Assembly: GCF_011386835.1 (NCBI RefSeq)
Contig: NW_027052824.1
Coordinates: forward strand, 1 to 64,000
From: Chrysemys picta bellii
Taxonomy: Eukaryota
Length of the DNA stretch: 64,000 nt
Direction of reading: 5' to 3'
In this document: in pieces, positions 10,587 to 22,731 of the stretch
Position numbering within the stretch: position 1 is the stretch's first letter
How the letters are laid out: each line of letters starts with the position of its first letter
Notes under the pieces: generated by a model
Told to the model about the DNA's origin: nothing
Database searches by the model: none
What the model saw: only the letters and a program-made list of their open reading frames with translations
Made by a program: the position numbers and the translations under genes

Positions 10587-12200
10587 AGATCAAGCTCCGT
10601 AAGTCTATCACTATAAGGCAGGTTTTCTAATCCTTTAATCATTCATGTGGCTTTGCTCTGAACCCTTTCCAATGTATCGACATCCTGCTTAAACTGTGGT
10701 ACCAGAACTGGACACAGGATTCCAGCAGCTGTTGCACCAGTGCCAAATACAAGAGGTAAAATAACCTCTCTGCTCCTAATCTAGATTCCCATTTATGCAT
10801 CCTAGAATTGCATTTGTCCTTTTGGCCACAGCGTTGCAGTGGGAGCTCATGGTCAGCTGATTATCCACCACGACCCCCAAATCTTTTTCAGAGTCACTGC
10901 TTGCCAGCAGAGAGTCCCACATCCTGTAAGTACGGCCTGCCTGCTGTGTTACTAGATAGATACATTTACATCTAGCGTTTGCTTGCGCTCAGCTCACCAA
11001 GCGATCCAAATCAGCCTATATCATTGACCTGACCTCTTCGTTATTTACCCAATCGCTGTATCATCTGCCAACTTTATCAGCGATGATTTTAGGTTTTCTT
11101 TCAGGCCATTGATAAAAATATGAAATAGCATAGGGCCAAAAACTGATCCCTGTGGGATTCCACTAGAAACATACCCATTCGATGACGATTCCCTGTTTAC
11201 ATTACATTTGGAGACCTATTTGTTCAGCAGGTTTTTAGTCACTTGAAGTGTGCCATGTTCATTTTAGATCTTTCTAGTTTTTTAATCAAAATGTCATGAA
11301 GTATCAAGCCAAATGACTTACAGAAGTCTAAGTCTATTGCGTTAACGTTATTACCTTTGTCAACCCAACTCAAAAAAAAAATATCAAGTTAGTTCGACAG
11401 GATCTGTTTTCTGTAAACCCATGTTGATTGACATTAATTATATTAAACTCCTTTATTAATTGACTCCCATATCAGCTGCTCCATTATCTCACCCAGGATC
11501 TATGTCAGACTGTAACAAGTCCTCTGCCCGGCCTTCTTCCTGGGGCCCACTGGCTGCCCCAATAAAGCACAGAGAGGCTTTTTCTTCTGCAGCACCCGTG
11601 GCTTTATTTACAGACTTCTCCCACCACCAGTGACATACTATATATAGTTTGCAGGCCTTACGATCTCCACTTCCACCCAGAGCCAGCCCTGAGACTGCCC
11701 TTCCCCTGGACATCCCCCTTCCTTCTGGCTGCCAGCCGGCCTTTATAGCCCTCAGGCCCACAGGTGCAGCCAGTTCTAAAGGCCAGGCACCAGACTTCTC
11801 CCCAGCCCCAATCTATTTCCCCTGATTGGGGCTGGCTGAGCAGGGGCTAATTAGGTGCCTCTGCACCAGCACCCTGCTACACAGACCTACAAGCCTATAA
11901 TTACCCCGTCATCTCATTTACCCTTTTTAAATATGGTCACAACATTCGCTTTCTTCCAGTCTTCTGGAAATTCCCTGGCGTTCCAAGACATCTTGAAAAT
12001 CAATATTAATGGTCCAGTGAACTCCTCAGCCAACTTTTTTAAAACTCTTGATGGCAAGTTATGTGAAGCTGTTGATTTAAACATTTCTGTGGTTAGCATC
12101 TGCTGTTTAATGTCCTCCTGAGATTCTAGTGGAATGGAAAGAGTGTTACCATATAATGTGACCACACCATCTGTTTGTTTGTTTTTTGTCCTCAAAGTAA
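10587..12200 (-). mobile_element. CR1 LINE ORF2 fragment, interrupted by a solo LTR
   Basis: Minus-strand peptides RVLKKLAEEFTGPLILIF...PEDWKKANVVTIFKKGK and MIKGLENLPYSDRL. Confidence 0.9.
11511..11881. mobile_element. Solo LTR (371 bp)
   Basis: TGTAAC...GCTACA termini with a perfect 5-bp TSD CAGAC. CR1 sequence resumes on both sides. Confidence 0.88.
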
Positions 12201-12879
12201 AGTTAGGATAGGAATAGGATATTTCTTTCAATGCAACACAAATAGCCGCAGAGTCTCTTGCTCTGATTGATAGACAAGGGACTTGGAGCCTGGACTGCCT
12301 GAGCACTAGTCAGGACTCTGCCACTAACATCCTGTGTGGCCTTGGGTGAGTCCCTAAATCTCTCTATACTCCAGTTTTTAATCACCAGAACTTGTTAGTT
12401 TATTTAAATATTGTCCACATTAGTGGTTTTGCTATTTTTAGAGAAGTGCATGCAACCATGTGGGACAGTGCAAACAACTGGCAAAGCAGGTGGAAGGAGG
12501 TCTAAGGTTTCCACTCCCTTCTGGCAAACTGCTGCTATGAATCCCACAACGTGCAAAGAGAAAAGTCCCAGAATACATAGAGCCCAGCAGTGAAGCAAAG
12601 CACCATGGGATACTCACCCAGAATGCTGAGCATTTATGCTGCCCAGCCATCTAGATGCACCGATACATACTGAATAAGAAAACAGTTGACAGTGTGCACA
12701 CAGTCAGTGTACTATCTAATATGCACCACTTAATGTGAACAAACTCAGTGCAAATGAACTCCCCTGTGTAGACAAGACCGAAAAGGACTGGAGTGTGGAT
12801 TAAAGGAAAGTAGGTGTAACACCTCCTAGCCTGGCTCATCAGAACGGTTACCATCTGAAGTGAAGAGGTAACTCTGTTA

Positions 12880-13145
12880 GGCTAGGTCTACACTACCCGC
12901 CTGAATTGGCGGGTAGAAATCGACCTCTCGGGGATGGGACGCAACAATCAATCCCCAAATCGACGCTCTTACTCCACCAGCGGAGGTGGGAGTAAGCGCC
13001 GTTGACAGGAAGCCGCGGAGGTCGATTTTGCGGCGGTCCTCACAGCGGGGTAAGTCGGCTGCGATACGTCGAATTCAGCTACGCTATTCACGTAGCTGAA
13101 TTTGCGTATCTTAAATCGACTCCCCCCTGTAGTGTAGATGTAGCC
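12880..13145. mobile_element. Harbinger-type MITE
   Basis: TIR GGCTAGGTCTACACTAC / GTAGTGTAGATGTAGCC and 3-bp TSD TTA. Confidence 0.88.
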
Positions 13146-13349
13146 TTAGGTGGGACCAATAGTAGGCTCGTATCCTGCAGCGGACCAGCCACTAGAAGGG
13201 AATGTGACACACACTTAGCCAGTGTCATATACAGGCTTGGTCACAAGCCAGTGTCATATACAGAAGCAAATTCAGAGGCCGGGCAGGAAGTTATGAAATG
13301 CAAGGGGCAGATTAAATGAAAGGTAGAACTGTCTGGGGAATGCAGACAG

Positions 13350-13529
13350 ACAGATCCAGGATCGAATCAGGGACCTCCGGAGTTCAGTGCATGAGTCTCT
13401 ACAGCATGAGCTAAAAGCCAACTTGCCGTTAGCTAAGGCTGTCGAGCAGACTCATTTTGACTCTCGCTAAGTGGTCTCGGTGCCACTAGACGGGACAAAG
13501 CACCACACCCAGAAGGTGTGTGGGTTACA
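13350..13529 (-). mobile_element. Second, partial copy of the tRNA-box-bearing TGTAAC element
   Basis: The reverse complement begins TGTAACCCACACACC and aligns to 10018-10216 through the B-box region, then diverges. Confidence 0.8.
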
Positions 13530-14167
13530 GCTGCACCAATGGCATGCAAAGCACTGCCGAGCACTCCAGGGCAGTAATGCAAACCGCCAGGCAGCCCTTT
13601 AGCCAGCTGGCTGCTGTTCAAACCTCTACTGCACAAACTGTGGGTGGGCAAATGTTAAGCCCCTGAATTACTTTGCCTGAGCAGTGTAACTTACACCTCT
13701 CATCAGATTTACACTGCCTTACACCTCGGCTTCTGAATTTGGCCCTCAAAGTTCAGCTATTTCCCCCTCTGTTTGTGGTCTTTACACGTTTGGTGTCTGA
13801 GACTGCAAGCTCTGTAGGGCAGGGTCCTTGTCTGCTATATGTACTGTAAGGAGCCTTGCATTACGGTCATCATTTGTATTACAGCAGTGCCGAGAGGTGC
13901 CAATCAATGATCAGGCCACAAGCACAGTCCCTGCCTCAAAGGGCTCACCCTCTGGGACAAAGATAAGGCACGAGAGGCAGAAGAAACAGACAAAAAATGA
14001 GTCAAAAGGGGGTGGGTGGATGAATCGGTACCAGTAGAATTATCATGTTATGCACAGTAAATAGCAATCAGTCCCAATGCACCACTATGATGTAATCATC
14101 TTCTGCCCCCTGCCAGGTAGACTTTTGGGTGCTAGAAAACAAATTCATAATAATAATAGCAGCTCTG

Positions 14168-14588
14168 GTTAGAGCAGGGAACTGTCAGGACTCCTGGGTT
14201 CTATTCTGCGCTCTAGTACTGATTTGCTCGGTGCACTTGGCAAGTCAATTATCTTCTCTGTACTTCAATTTCCCGATCTGTAAAATGCACTTATAAGAAC
14301 ATAAGAACGGCCGTACTGGGTCAGACCAAAGGTCCATCTAGCCCAGTATCCTGTCTACCGACAGTGGCCAATGCCAGGTGCCCCAGAGGGAGTGAACCTA
14401 ACAGGCAGTGATCAAGTGATCTCTCTCCTGCCATCCATCTCCTTCCTCTGACAAACAGAGGTTAGGGACACCATTCCTTACCCACTTATTTGCATTGCCT
14501 TTATTACTTTATAGAGTGAAAATGTCTATATCGATGGCTCCTCAACTCAGATGTGGGTTGATGATATTTGTAAATCACTTTGGGATCC
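14168..14588 (+). mobile_element. MIR/CORE-like SINE interrupted by a CR1 3'-tail fragment (about 14294-14482, minus strand)
   Basis: CTGGGTTCTATT...GGCAAGTCA...CTGTAAAATG core. The CR1 tail TAAGAACATAAGAA is flanked by CACTTA on both sides. Confidence 0.65.
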
Positions 14589-15319
14589 TGTCACGGAGTG
14601 ACAGGCTGGGTGCTCTGGCACCGCTCTGAATGAAGTCAAACAGGACTCTGGTGCAGCGTCTCCCCTCAGGGCCCCTGTCACCAGGGCAAGAAGCCCGCTC
14701 CACTTTGGTACCTCCTGGATCTAATCTCGGAGCGTTCAGCCCCGTGTCACCCCGTGAGCTTCCTGCAGCAAGTCCACCTGAATGGGACACCTGGGGAAGC
14801 CTCACATGCCCCCAAAGGGGCCCTGCACACCGACTTTGCAGTCAGCAGTGACCCAGACAGCATTCTAAAACAGAAGGGTTAATGAGTCATTGGGAACACA
14901 GCATAGAACAGATCTTGGTAGCACAAAAAGCAGGAAGTTACAGCAAAGTCCATCTTGGAGGGGGAGTCCAGAGACCAGAGCCCTGGGTTCTGCCCCCGAG
15001 TCCCAAACCAGGAGACTGGCTCGCTTCCTGCAGCCCAGCCGCCCCACCTCCATGCTTTGTATCTTTCCTGGGCAAACAGGTCACCTGGCTTCGGCTGGCT
15101 CCCTGCAGAGGATGGGCTCTGGCTATCGGTTGCCAGGATACAGAGTGTCAGACATTGTCTGTGCCAAAGCAGCCAATCGGCAGTCACACCTGCCCTCTAG
15201 GCGTCTCTGCAACGATCACACACCCCTGTCCCACCACCTAGATACTTGAGTAACACATGGGGGAAACTGAGGCACGCAGTATTCAAAGAAAACATTAAGA
15301 ACATTCCCACTTTGTCACA
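14589..15319. mobile_element. Solo LTR (731 bp), Gypsy-like
   Basis: TGTCAC...GTCACA termini with a perfect 5-bp TSD GATCC. Confidence 0.88.
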
Positions 15320-15443
15320 GATCCCCAGAGGAAAGGTGCTATAGAAATCCAAAGTACTTCTACATTATTGATGGCATATGATATTTTCTTTGTCTACAGG
15401 GAAGGGACTCTGGGTAAATTCAGACAGGAAGCCTCGTCACATC

Positions 15444-16394
15444 ATGTCAGCTCTCAATCAAACCAGCTTTCATCCTGCCTCCTTCTTCCTGACTGGCATC
15501 CCAGGCATGGAGGAGCTGCACATCTGGATCTCCATCCCATTCAGCCTGATGTACATCGTCACACTTTTCGGAAATTTTACCTTATTATTTGTCATTGTAA
15601 CGGAGCGAAGCCTCCACGAGCCCATGTACCTTTTGCTGGCCATGCTGGCCGTCTCTGATCTAATATTGTCTTCCTCTACAGTGCCCAAAACTCTGAGCAT
15701 ATTCTGGGCACGTTCCAAGGAAATCTCTTTTGATGCCTGCCTGACCCAGATGCTCTTTACACATATTAGTTTTATTGCGGAGTCAACGATCCTGCTGGCC
15801 ATGGCGTATGATCGGTATATTGCCATATGTGATCCCTTGAGGTACACGACTGTGCTAACACATTCAGTGATAGCCAAAATAGGGCTGGCAGCTCTAGCTA
15901 GAAGCTTTTGCGTAATGTTCCCAACACTTTTTCTCCTTTGGAGGCTACCGTACTGTGGACACAACATTATGCCTCACACGTACTGTGAGCACATGGGCAT
16001 AGCCCGGCTGGCCTGTGCCGACATAGCTGTCAACATCTGGTACGGTTTTACTACAACTCTTTTATCACCAGGACTGGACGTTGTGCTCATTGTTGTGTCT
16101 TATGTTCTCATCCTCAGGGCTGTCTTTAGGCTCCCGTCCAAGGACGCCCGGCTCAAAGCTATTGGGACCTGCAGCTCCCACATCTGTGTCATAGTCATGT
16201 TTTATGTGCCAGCGTTCTTCACCTTTTTCACACATCGGTTTGGCCACAACGTCCCCCACAACGTTCACATCCTACTGGCCAATCTCTATGTGCTCCTTCC
16301 ACCCATGTTAAACCCCATCGTCTATGCAGTGAAAACTAAGCTAATTTGGGAAAAGGTGGTCCGCATGTTCTCCAAAGTAGGGCAGTGGTGCTGA
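15444..16394 (+). CDS. OR52B2-like: Intact class I olfactory receptor, family 52 (316 aa)
   Basis: Single-exon ORF with N-glycosylation site [49 protein letters not shown] and PPMLNPIVY. The ORF-track start at 15378 lies upstream of a splice acceptor (TTTTCTTTGTCTACAG, ends 15399), so ATG 15444 is preferred. Confidence 0.95.
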   Translation: MSALNQTSFHPASFFLTGIPGMEELHIWISIPFSLMYIVTLFGNFTLLFVIVTERSLHEPMYLLLAMLAVSDLILSSSTVPKTLSIFWARSKEISFDACLTQMLFTHISFIAESTILLAMAYDRYIAICDPLRYTTVLTHSVIAKIGLAALARSFCVMFPTLFLLWRLPYCGHNIMPHTYCEHMGIARLACADIAVNIWYGFTTTLLSPGLDVVLIVVSYVLILRAVFRLPSKDARLKAIGTCSSHICVIVMFYVPAFFTFFTHRFGHNVPHNVHILLANLYVLLPPMLNPIVYAVKTKLIWEKVVRMFSKVGQWC

Positions 16395-16744
16395 ATGCTG
16401 CGACTGGGAAGCTATCCCATTAGAAATAAACCAGATGGAAATTGTGGGCTCCAGTGAGGCCCTTGAGGAAATGGGAACTTTTTTTAGACCATTTTAGATG
16501 GTCTCTTCCTCATTTCAGGCTCCATGGTGTAGCATTTGCTGATCAGAGGAATTGTGAGTCTCTCCTAAGACTAAAGCATGGCATTTAGAAAACAAAGAGA
16601 AACAAAGGATCACAAATGTGAAGCTGGTAGGACCTAAGGACCAGAGCTTCAGCGTGTGTAAGCTGGCATTGCTCCATTAAAGTAAGAGGCACTATGGTGA
16701 TAGGCACCAGCTGAAGATGTGGCCCTTACTGTATTTCTGAGACG

Positions 16745-17691
16745 TACATTTTTACCCAGGTTTTGCCCTGCTGAACTCTATGTTGGGTCATGTCTGGTTT
16801 TCAAAGCCTCTGTGATGCGCCGCGCGCCTTGCTGTGCTCTTCTAATCGCAAACAGCCTAGTCAGCAAACAGCGCCAGCGAGCTTTTAAACGTCCAAAGGC
16901 ACATTCTGCCACCATTCTGCACTTGCTCAGCCTATAGTTGAACTGCTCCTTACTACTGTCCAGGCTTCATGAGCCATGGGAGCAAGGGGTAGGCTGGGGT
17001 AGGTGCGACCGCACGGTGCTGCCGACTGGGAGAGCAGCCTGAGGCAGAAGCCTCCAGCTCGCATGATATTCCAGGCAGGGCTGAATCTCCATGAGACAAA
17101 ACTTAAAGAAGAGAATGACCTGGAGTCACTCCCATTTCAGTCCAGGTGCCCCTGACTGACCTCACTGAGGTCAGCCAGGAGCACCCAGGAGACGACGGCT
17201 AGCAGTCATGCTGCACTGTCTGCTGCCGCGAAGGCAAGGACCTGCTGCTGTGTAGCAATGCAGTACCGCATCTGCCAGCAGCAACCAGGAGATGTACAGT
17301 GACGGTGAGCTGAGCGGGCTCCATGCTTGCTGTGGTATGTCGTCTGCATGGGTAACCCAGGAAAAAACGCAAGAAACGATTTTTTGCCATTGCTTTCATG
17401 GAGGGAGGGGGACCTGACAACACGTACCCAAAACCACCTGCAACAATGTTTTTGCCCCATCAGGCACTGGGAGCTCAACCCAGAAATCCAATGGGCGGCA
17501 GAGACTGCGGGAACTGTGGGGTAGCTACCCACAGTGCAACGCTCCGAAAGTCGACGCTAGCCTCGGTACTGTGGACGCACTCCGCCGACTTAATGCGCTT
17601 AGTGGGGACACACACAATCGACCGTATCAAATCAATTTCTAAAAAATCGACTTCTATGAAATCGACCTAATTTCATAGTGTAGACATACCC
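16745..17691 (-). mobile_element. Internally deleted Harbinger transposon with transposase remnants
   Basis: Minus-strand peptides DPAYPLLPWLMKP and LDSSKEQFNYRLSKCRMVAECAFGRLKARWRCLLTRL (Harbinger DDE). The TIR GGGTATGTCTACACTA at 17691 is followed by TTA; the other end was not found. Confidence 0.85.
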
Positions 17692-18533
17692 TTACTCTTG
17701 TATCTCAAAGATTTCAAAAATATTGGACTCTTTTTCCTAACTATAGACTTGGTCAGAGCCAGGACAGGCCTTAGGGAAAATGGCACCCTGGGCTCCTGCC
17801 CCCACATTGGCCTGGGCCCCACTGCCTCCACCCAGGGCTTAATTTGTAATTAAAGGCCCAGCACAAATTAAGCACTGCACAAGGTGGCTGCAGCAGAAGG
17901 TCCAGTGAGGAGGTTTGCGTCAGGCCGGGATCTACAGCCAGCCAGCACGTCTCTGGGACATCCGGACTCCTGTGCAGCCTCTGGCAAAATAAAAAGCTGC
18001 TACCCTAAATAGAATCCCTGAGAGAGGGCGGCAGCGAATCCCCTCTGGGGTGCTGCAGCCGAGGTGTGATTTCACCTCCCTGTATTAGCAGAAGGGGAAT
18101 CGGGCACATGGTCTGAGGAAGATGAAAGAGATGACCTCATCTATGTGAACTATGCACCTGACAAATAACCAGGATTTTCCATCAAGGGGCCTTTCCGCTG
18201 TCACTACACCCCTATTAAATCAGTTAATGGTGGTTTTGAGGGTGCAAGGAATGCAGGATTGGGCCCCACATGTGGCTTCCCAAAATGGTCCCTTTTGACA
18301 ATCCATTTACCACAGTCCAGAAGTCAGAAGAGCTTTGTAAATCCTTATTTGGCGCTTTGAAGCACCTACCAGATAAACATTCCCATTGTACAGCCCTTTT
18401 TGTGTTCAGCTCTTAGCCAAATTCCACCGGAAGAGTCTGAAGGGAGGTGTTAGCTCTTCCTATCCAAAATATTTTTCATTCTTTTCTTTTTTAATTCAAT
18501 GTTTATTGAAGACTTGGACAGGCTGTTATCTAA

Positions 18534-18805
18534 GGCCTTGGCTACACTTACCCGCTAGTTCGACGGCTGGAAATCGAACTTCTGGGTTCGACTTATCGCG
18601 TCTAGTCTGGACGCGATAAGTCGAACCCGGAAGTGCTCGCCGTCGACTGTGGTACTCCAGCTCGGCGAGAGGAGTACCGCGGAGTCGACGGGGGAGCCTG
18701 CCTGCCGAGTGTGGACCAAGGTAAGTTCGAACTAATTCGAACTAAGGTACTTCGAACTTAGTTGCGTACCTTAGTTCGAATTAGGGGGGTAGTGTAGACC
18801 AAGCC
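18534..18805. mobile_element. Harbinger-type MITE
   Basis: Ends GGCCTTGGCTACACT / AGTGTAGACCAAGCC and TSD TAA. Confidence 0.85.
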
Positions 18806-18969
18806 TAAGATAACTTCGGCACCCAAAAACTCTAGGTTTTTTGCAGATAACTTAAAAATTAGCTGTTGATTTTACTGTACACACACAAACCCACAAAAAT
18901 ATTTTCATCGATCATAATTGAAATGTACAGAGAGAGAAAGCAAGAAAAATGCTGCTTGAGAACTTGTTA

Positions 18970-19258
18970 GGCCATGTCTACACTAGCGAGCTTACCGCGG
19001 CACAGCTATACGGATGCAGCTGCCCCCATGTATGATCGCTCGTGTAGCCACTCAATGCCGATGAGAGAGCTCTCCCAGCGACATAATTAAACCACCTCCA
19101 ACGAGCGGCGGTAGCAACGTTGGTGGGAGAAGCTCTCCTGCCAATATAGCGCTGTCCACACTGGCGCGTCTGTCAGTGAAACGTATGTTGCACTGGGATG
19201 TGTTTTTTTCACACCCGTGAGCAACATAAGTTGTACTGACAAAAGTGTAGACATAGTC
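18970..19258. mobile_element. Harbinger-type MITE
   Basis: Ends GGCCATGTCTACACT / AGTGTAGACATAGTC and TSD TTA. Confidence 0.85.
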
Positions 19259-19410
19259 TTAGAGTCAAAATCCAGTGATTTAGACTCTGAATTAGGCTTG
19301 TTACAAATGGACTAGTGAATGAATAGTTAACTCAACAAATCATTTCTGGTTTTAGGATATTTATTTTGTATTTCTTGACATAAGAAATTGACACCTTGTG
19401 GTTTTTTGGA

Positions 19411-19639
19411 GTTGTTGTAGTTCTGTTGGTCCCAGGATATGAGAGCCACAAGGTGAGGGAGGTGATATCTTTTATTGGACCAACTTCTGTTGGTGAAAGA
19501 GACAAGCTATCGAGCTCCACGGGGCTCTTCTCCAGGTCTGAGGGCCTATGAGCTCTGTGAAGCTCAAAAGCTTGTCTCTTTCACTCCCCAACCAACGTTG
19601 CCCCAAACTGAGATATTACCTCACCCACCTTGTCTCTCT
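19411..19639. mobile_element. Head-to-head inverted pair of Penelope-like tails with degenerate hammerhead motifs
   Basis: The reverse complement of the left arm matches the right arm (AAGCTTGTCTCTTTCAC...GATAT.ACCTC.C.CACCTTG). Minus strand 19500-19539 folds as AGAC-CTGGAGA-A-GAGC..GCTC-GATA-GCTT-GTCT. Confidence 0.7.
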
Positions 19640-20994
19640 GTGTATAAAAAGCTTGAACTCTTTGAATCTCAACTTCTACTGTCATTAAAAAATTATCTGA
19701 CCTCTCCACCATAATTTCCCACAACTGGTGAAAATTAAAATTTATAAAAATACCTAAGAGCTTAAAAACAAACAGTCAATATTACCCATCAAAGTTATAA
19801 GAAACTAAAAACTGAATTCTACGAAGCCTATTTATAAGCCACCGGAGCAGCAGGGTGGAAGTATGTGTGTGTGGGGGTGGGAATCTATCCCCATTAGAGA
19901 GATCTCTCAGGTTAAGGGCCTGAAACTTGATGTCACACTCACACATTGAAGTCAGAGAAAGTCAGAGAAAGGAGTTTCCTTATTCTTGATGTGCAGCGCT
20001 TTGACCAACAGCCTAGCCAAGGCCTTGGCCCAGGAGTTTCGGTGTTCTGGGAAGTACAACTGTGGAAACAGCAATAGTTACAAACAGAAAGCCTGAGGGT
20101 GGGGATAGGTGATCAGGGATTGAAAGAAAGGGAGAGGGGTTTCAAGGAGGTCACAGCAGGCGGGCAGCACCTACTTAATGGTTAATCTGCCATTAAAACG
20201 CCAGAGCCTCTGTGCTGGGAACACCCCTGGGACAGGGCACAGCATGCTACTCCCCTACCCACTGCGACCCCCATTCCTGTTCCTGTTGATAAGCAATAGG
20301 CCCAAAACGAATGATATCATGAGAAAGAAAGGGGTAGTCTGTGTTAAGTTTGTAGCATTGGTGCCGTAATGCGGGGGTCGGGGGGGGGGAGTCATGGTCC
20401 GTTGGTCTGTCCACTATTTGCCATGGGCCCCCGGCCCATCCTCTTCCCCCCAAGGCCCTGCCCCCCTGGCCAGGCTGACAGCTGGAGCCTGGCCGGGGAG
20501 CCCGGGCAGCAGGGGGTGCTGCACCATGGACCCTCCACCTGCCCAGGGTGGGGGGAGGCAGAGAGCAGCCCCGGCCTGTGTCCCTACCCCTGGGCCCCCC
20601 CGCCCAGGGCAGGTGGAGGGTCTGCACCTGCTAACAGCTGCCTGGCAGCATGGCTCTTACCATGACCGGGCTGCGGCTCCGCGGCCCCATACCCCGGCTG
20701 GAGCCGGGTCAGGGTAAAAGCCACATAGGCAGCTGTGGGGAGCCGCGAACCCTCTACCTGCCCTGGGTGGGAGGTCCACAGGCAGGGGGCTGCTCTCGGT
20801 CCCCCTACCATGGGCAGTTTGAAGGTCCATGGCTCCCGGCTCGCTCCGACTTAACCGGGCCCAGGGCCTCGGGTGCAAGGGGCAGAGGTAGGGACACAGA
20901 GGGGCGGGGTCCCTGGCCCCCCCACTTTGGGGAACGCTCCATCAGGGCTGGCTTGTAGTGACCCTTGAATTACCAGCGTTATCTTATTTAAGTA

Positions 20995-21100
20995 TCAAAG
21001 GGGTAGCTGTGTTAGTCTAGATCTGTAAAAGCAGCAAAGAGTCCTGTGGCACCTTATAGACTAAGAGACGTATTGGAGCATGAGCTTTCGTGTGTGAATA
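20995..21100 (-). mobile_element. Penelope-like 3' tail fragment with the 3' half of the hammerhead motif
   Basis: Reverse complement reads CACGAAAGCTCATGC...TTAGTCTATAAGGTGCCACAGG...GACTAACACAGCTACCCC, homologous to 1820-1915. Confidence 0.8.
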
Positions 21101-21299
21101 AGGTTTGGGTTGACATAATAAAAAGAAAGAAAAACTGGTTAATTGGAACCAGGTGCAGTAAATAATTACATATGTTTGTTTAAAAGGAAATTCTTAGTCC
21201 AGTAGTTAGGGAGAAATATGGCAAATGGGAGAAGAAAACCTTGAAAAGAGGGGCCTAGCCATTAGTCTTGTGCTAACTGGGCCAAAGGGCAGGGTTCAG

Positions 21300-22083
21300 C
21301 CATGCTCAGCCCTTGCCCTGCTCCCTTCCCCACCCCTTCCCTGAGGCTACACCTCTGCCCCCTTCTCCGAGGCTCCACCCCCTGCTCACTCCATCCCCCC
21401 TCCCTCCATTTCTCACTCTCCCCCACCCTCACTCACTTTCACCAGACTGGGATAGGTGGTTGGGGTGCAGGAGTGGATGTGGGGTTTGGGCTCAGGGAAG
21501 GAGTTTGGGTGTGGGAGGGGGTGCGGGGTGTGGACTCTGGAAGGGAGTTTGGGTGCAGGATCTGGGCTGGGGCAGGGGTTTGGGGTGTGGGGTGCCTGCT
21601 CTGAGAGGGAGTTTGGGTGAGGGGTGCAGGCTCCAGCCTGGCGATGCTTAACTCAGGCAGCTCCAGAAAGGGACTGGCACATCTCTCTGGAAGTGGCTCC
21701 TAGGCAGTGGGGGCAGGGGGTCTCCGCACACTGGCCCATGCCCACAGGCACTGCCCCACAGCTCCAATTGGCTGCAGTTACCAGCCAATGGGAGCTGTGG
21801 AGTCGGCGCTGGAGGCAGGGCAGTGTGCAGAGACCCCATGCCCCTTCCCCCCCGCCAGGGGCCACAGGGATGTGCCAGCCGCTTCTGGGAGCAGCGCAGA
21901 TCCAGGATCCCTGCTTCTCCCCTTCCCTCCTAGCACCTCCTTGATGCCAGGAAACAGCTGTTCCCCAGCATGAAGGAGGCACTGGGAGGGAGGGGGAGGA
22001 GTTGATCAGAGGGCCCGCAGACCCCCTGGAATACCCTCGGGGAGCCCTAGGGATCCGCGGACCCCAGTTTGAGAAATGACGCT
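21300..22083. mobile_element. GC-rich hAT-type non-autonomous element, one end recognisable
   Basis: Ends in CCCCAGTTTGAGAAA, similar to the TIR of 9872-10578. Internal GGGTGCAGG/GCAGCCAATGGGAGCTG repeats are shared with 57655-58230. Confidence 0.55.
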
Positions 22084-22629
22084 ATAATGTATAGAGAGCA
22101 AATTTTTTTAGAGGTTCCTTTGTCAGAGGTTTTCCTTACCCCTCTGGAGTCACGACATGATGGGAAGGTATTTCCCAAGCCTGATCCTGTGGTGAATATT
22201 TAGCTAATGCATATCTCTGTATGGTTGCTAGGATATAACACAAAAGTGCGTATCTGCTTGTAATTGTATTTTAGATGTAATCAACACCAAGTTCCATTTA
22301 GACTAATAAAGGAATTCTTGTGTGGAAACTTAGTTGTGCTAAACCTTAATAAACTTATTAGGGAACTTCTTTCCAGTATCTGGCCTTTCTGGTCACATTG
22401 GGGAGGTACTGGAACCACTTTGGTGAAGTCTTGAAGGAATGGGGGGAATGCCCGACTGACAAGATGGAGGCTGACACCTCGGTGAGAGTATGCATAGAAC
22501 GGACAGAGTTGGTAGGAATAGGGGAGGAAAAAGATGGTGCTGTGGATGGCACGTCTGGCCAGGTCAGTGGGCCTGCAATAATCACAGACCTCAACAGTGT
22601 CCAGAATGCATTCAACCAGGGAGTGGCTC

Positions 22630-22731
22630 AAATTCCTGGTTCAATGGCAGGGACCATTTGAGGTAATGAGCCATGTGGGCCCCGTTGACTATGAGGTCCA
22701 GCATCCAGAGAAGAAAAAGGAAACACAGATA
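22630..22731 (+). mobile_element. Gypsy integrase C-terminal (GPF/Y) fragment
   Basis: KFLVQWQGPFEVMSHVGPVDYEVQ within ORF 22597..22911. Confidence 0.75.

Noticed and set aside
15378-15443. N-terminal extensions of OR ORFs in the track (also 28577, 40474, 46437)
   Set aside because: They start at near-cognate codons or upstream of or beside clear polypyrimidine-CAG splice acceptors. The conventional ATG followed by an N-glycosylation site lies downstream.
15470-15967. Long antisense ORFs over OR genes (e.g. 15470..15967, 28691..28984, 41143..41514)
   Set aside because: They are shadows of the OR coding strand, repeated between paralogues only because the OR sequence is.
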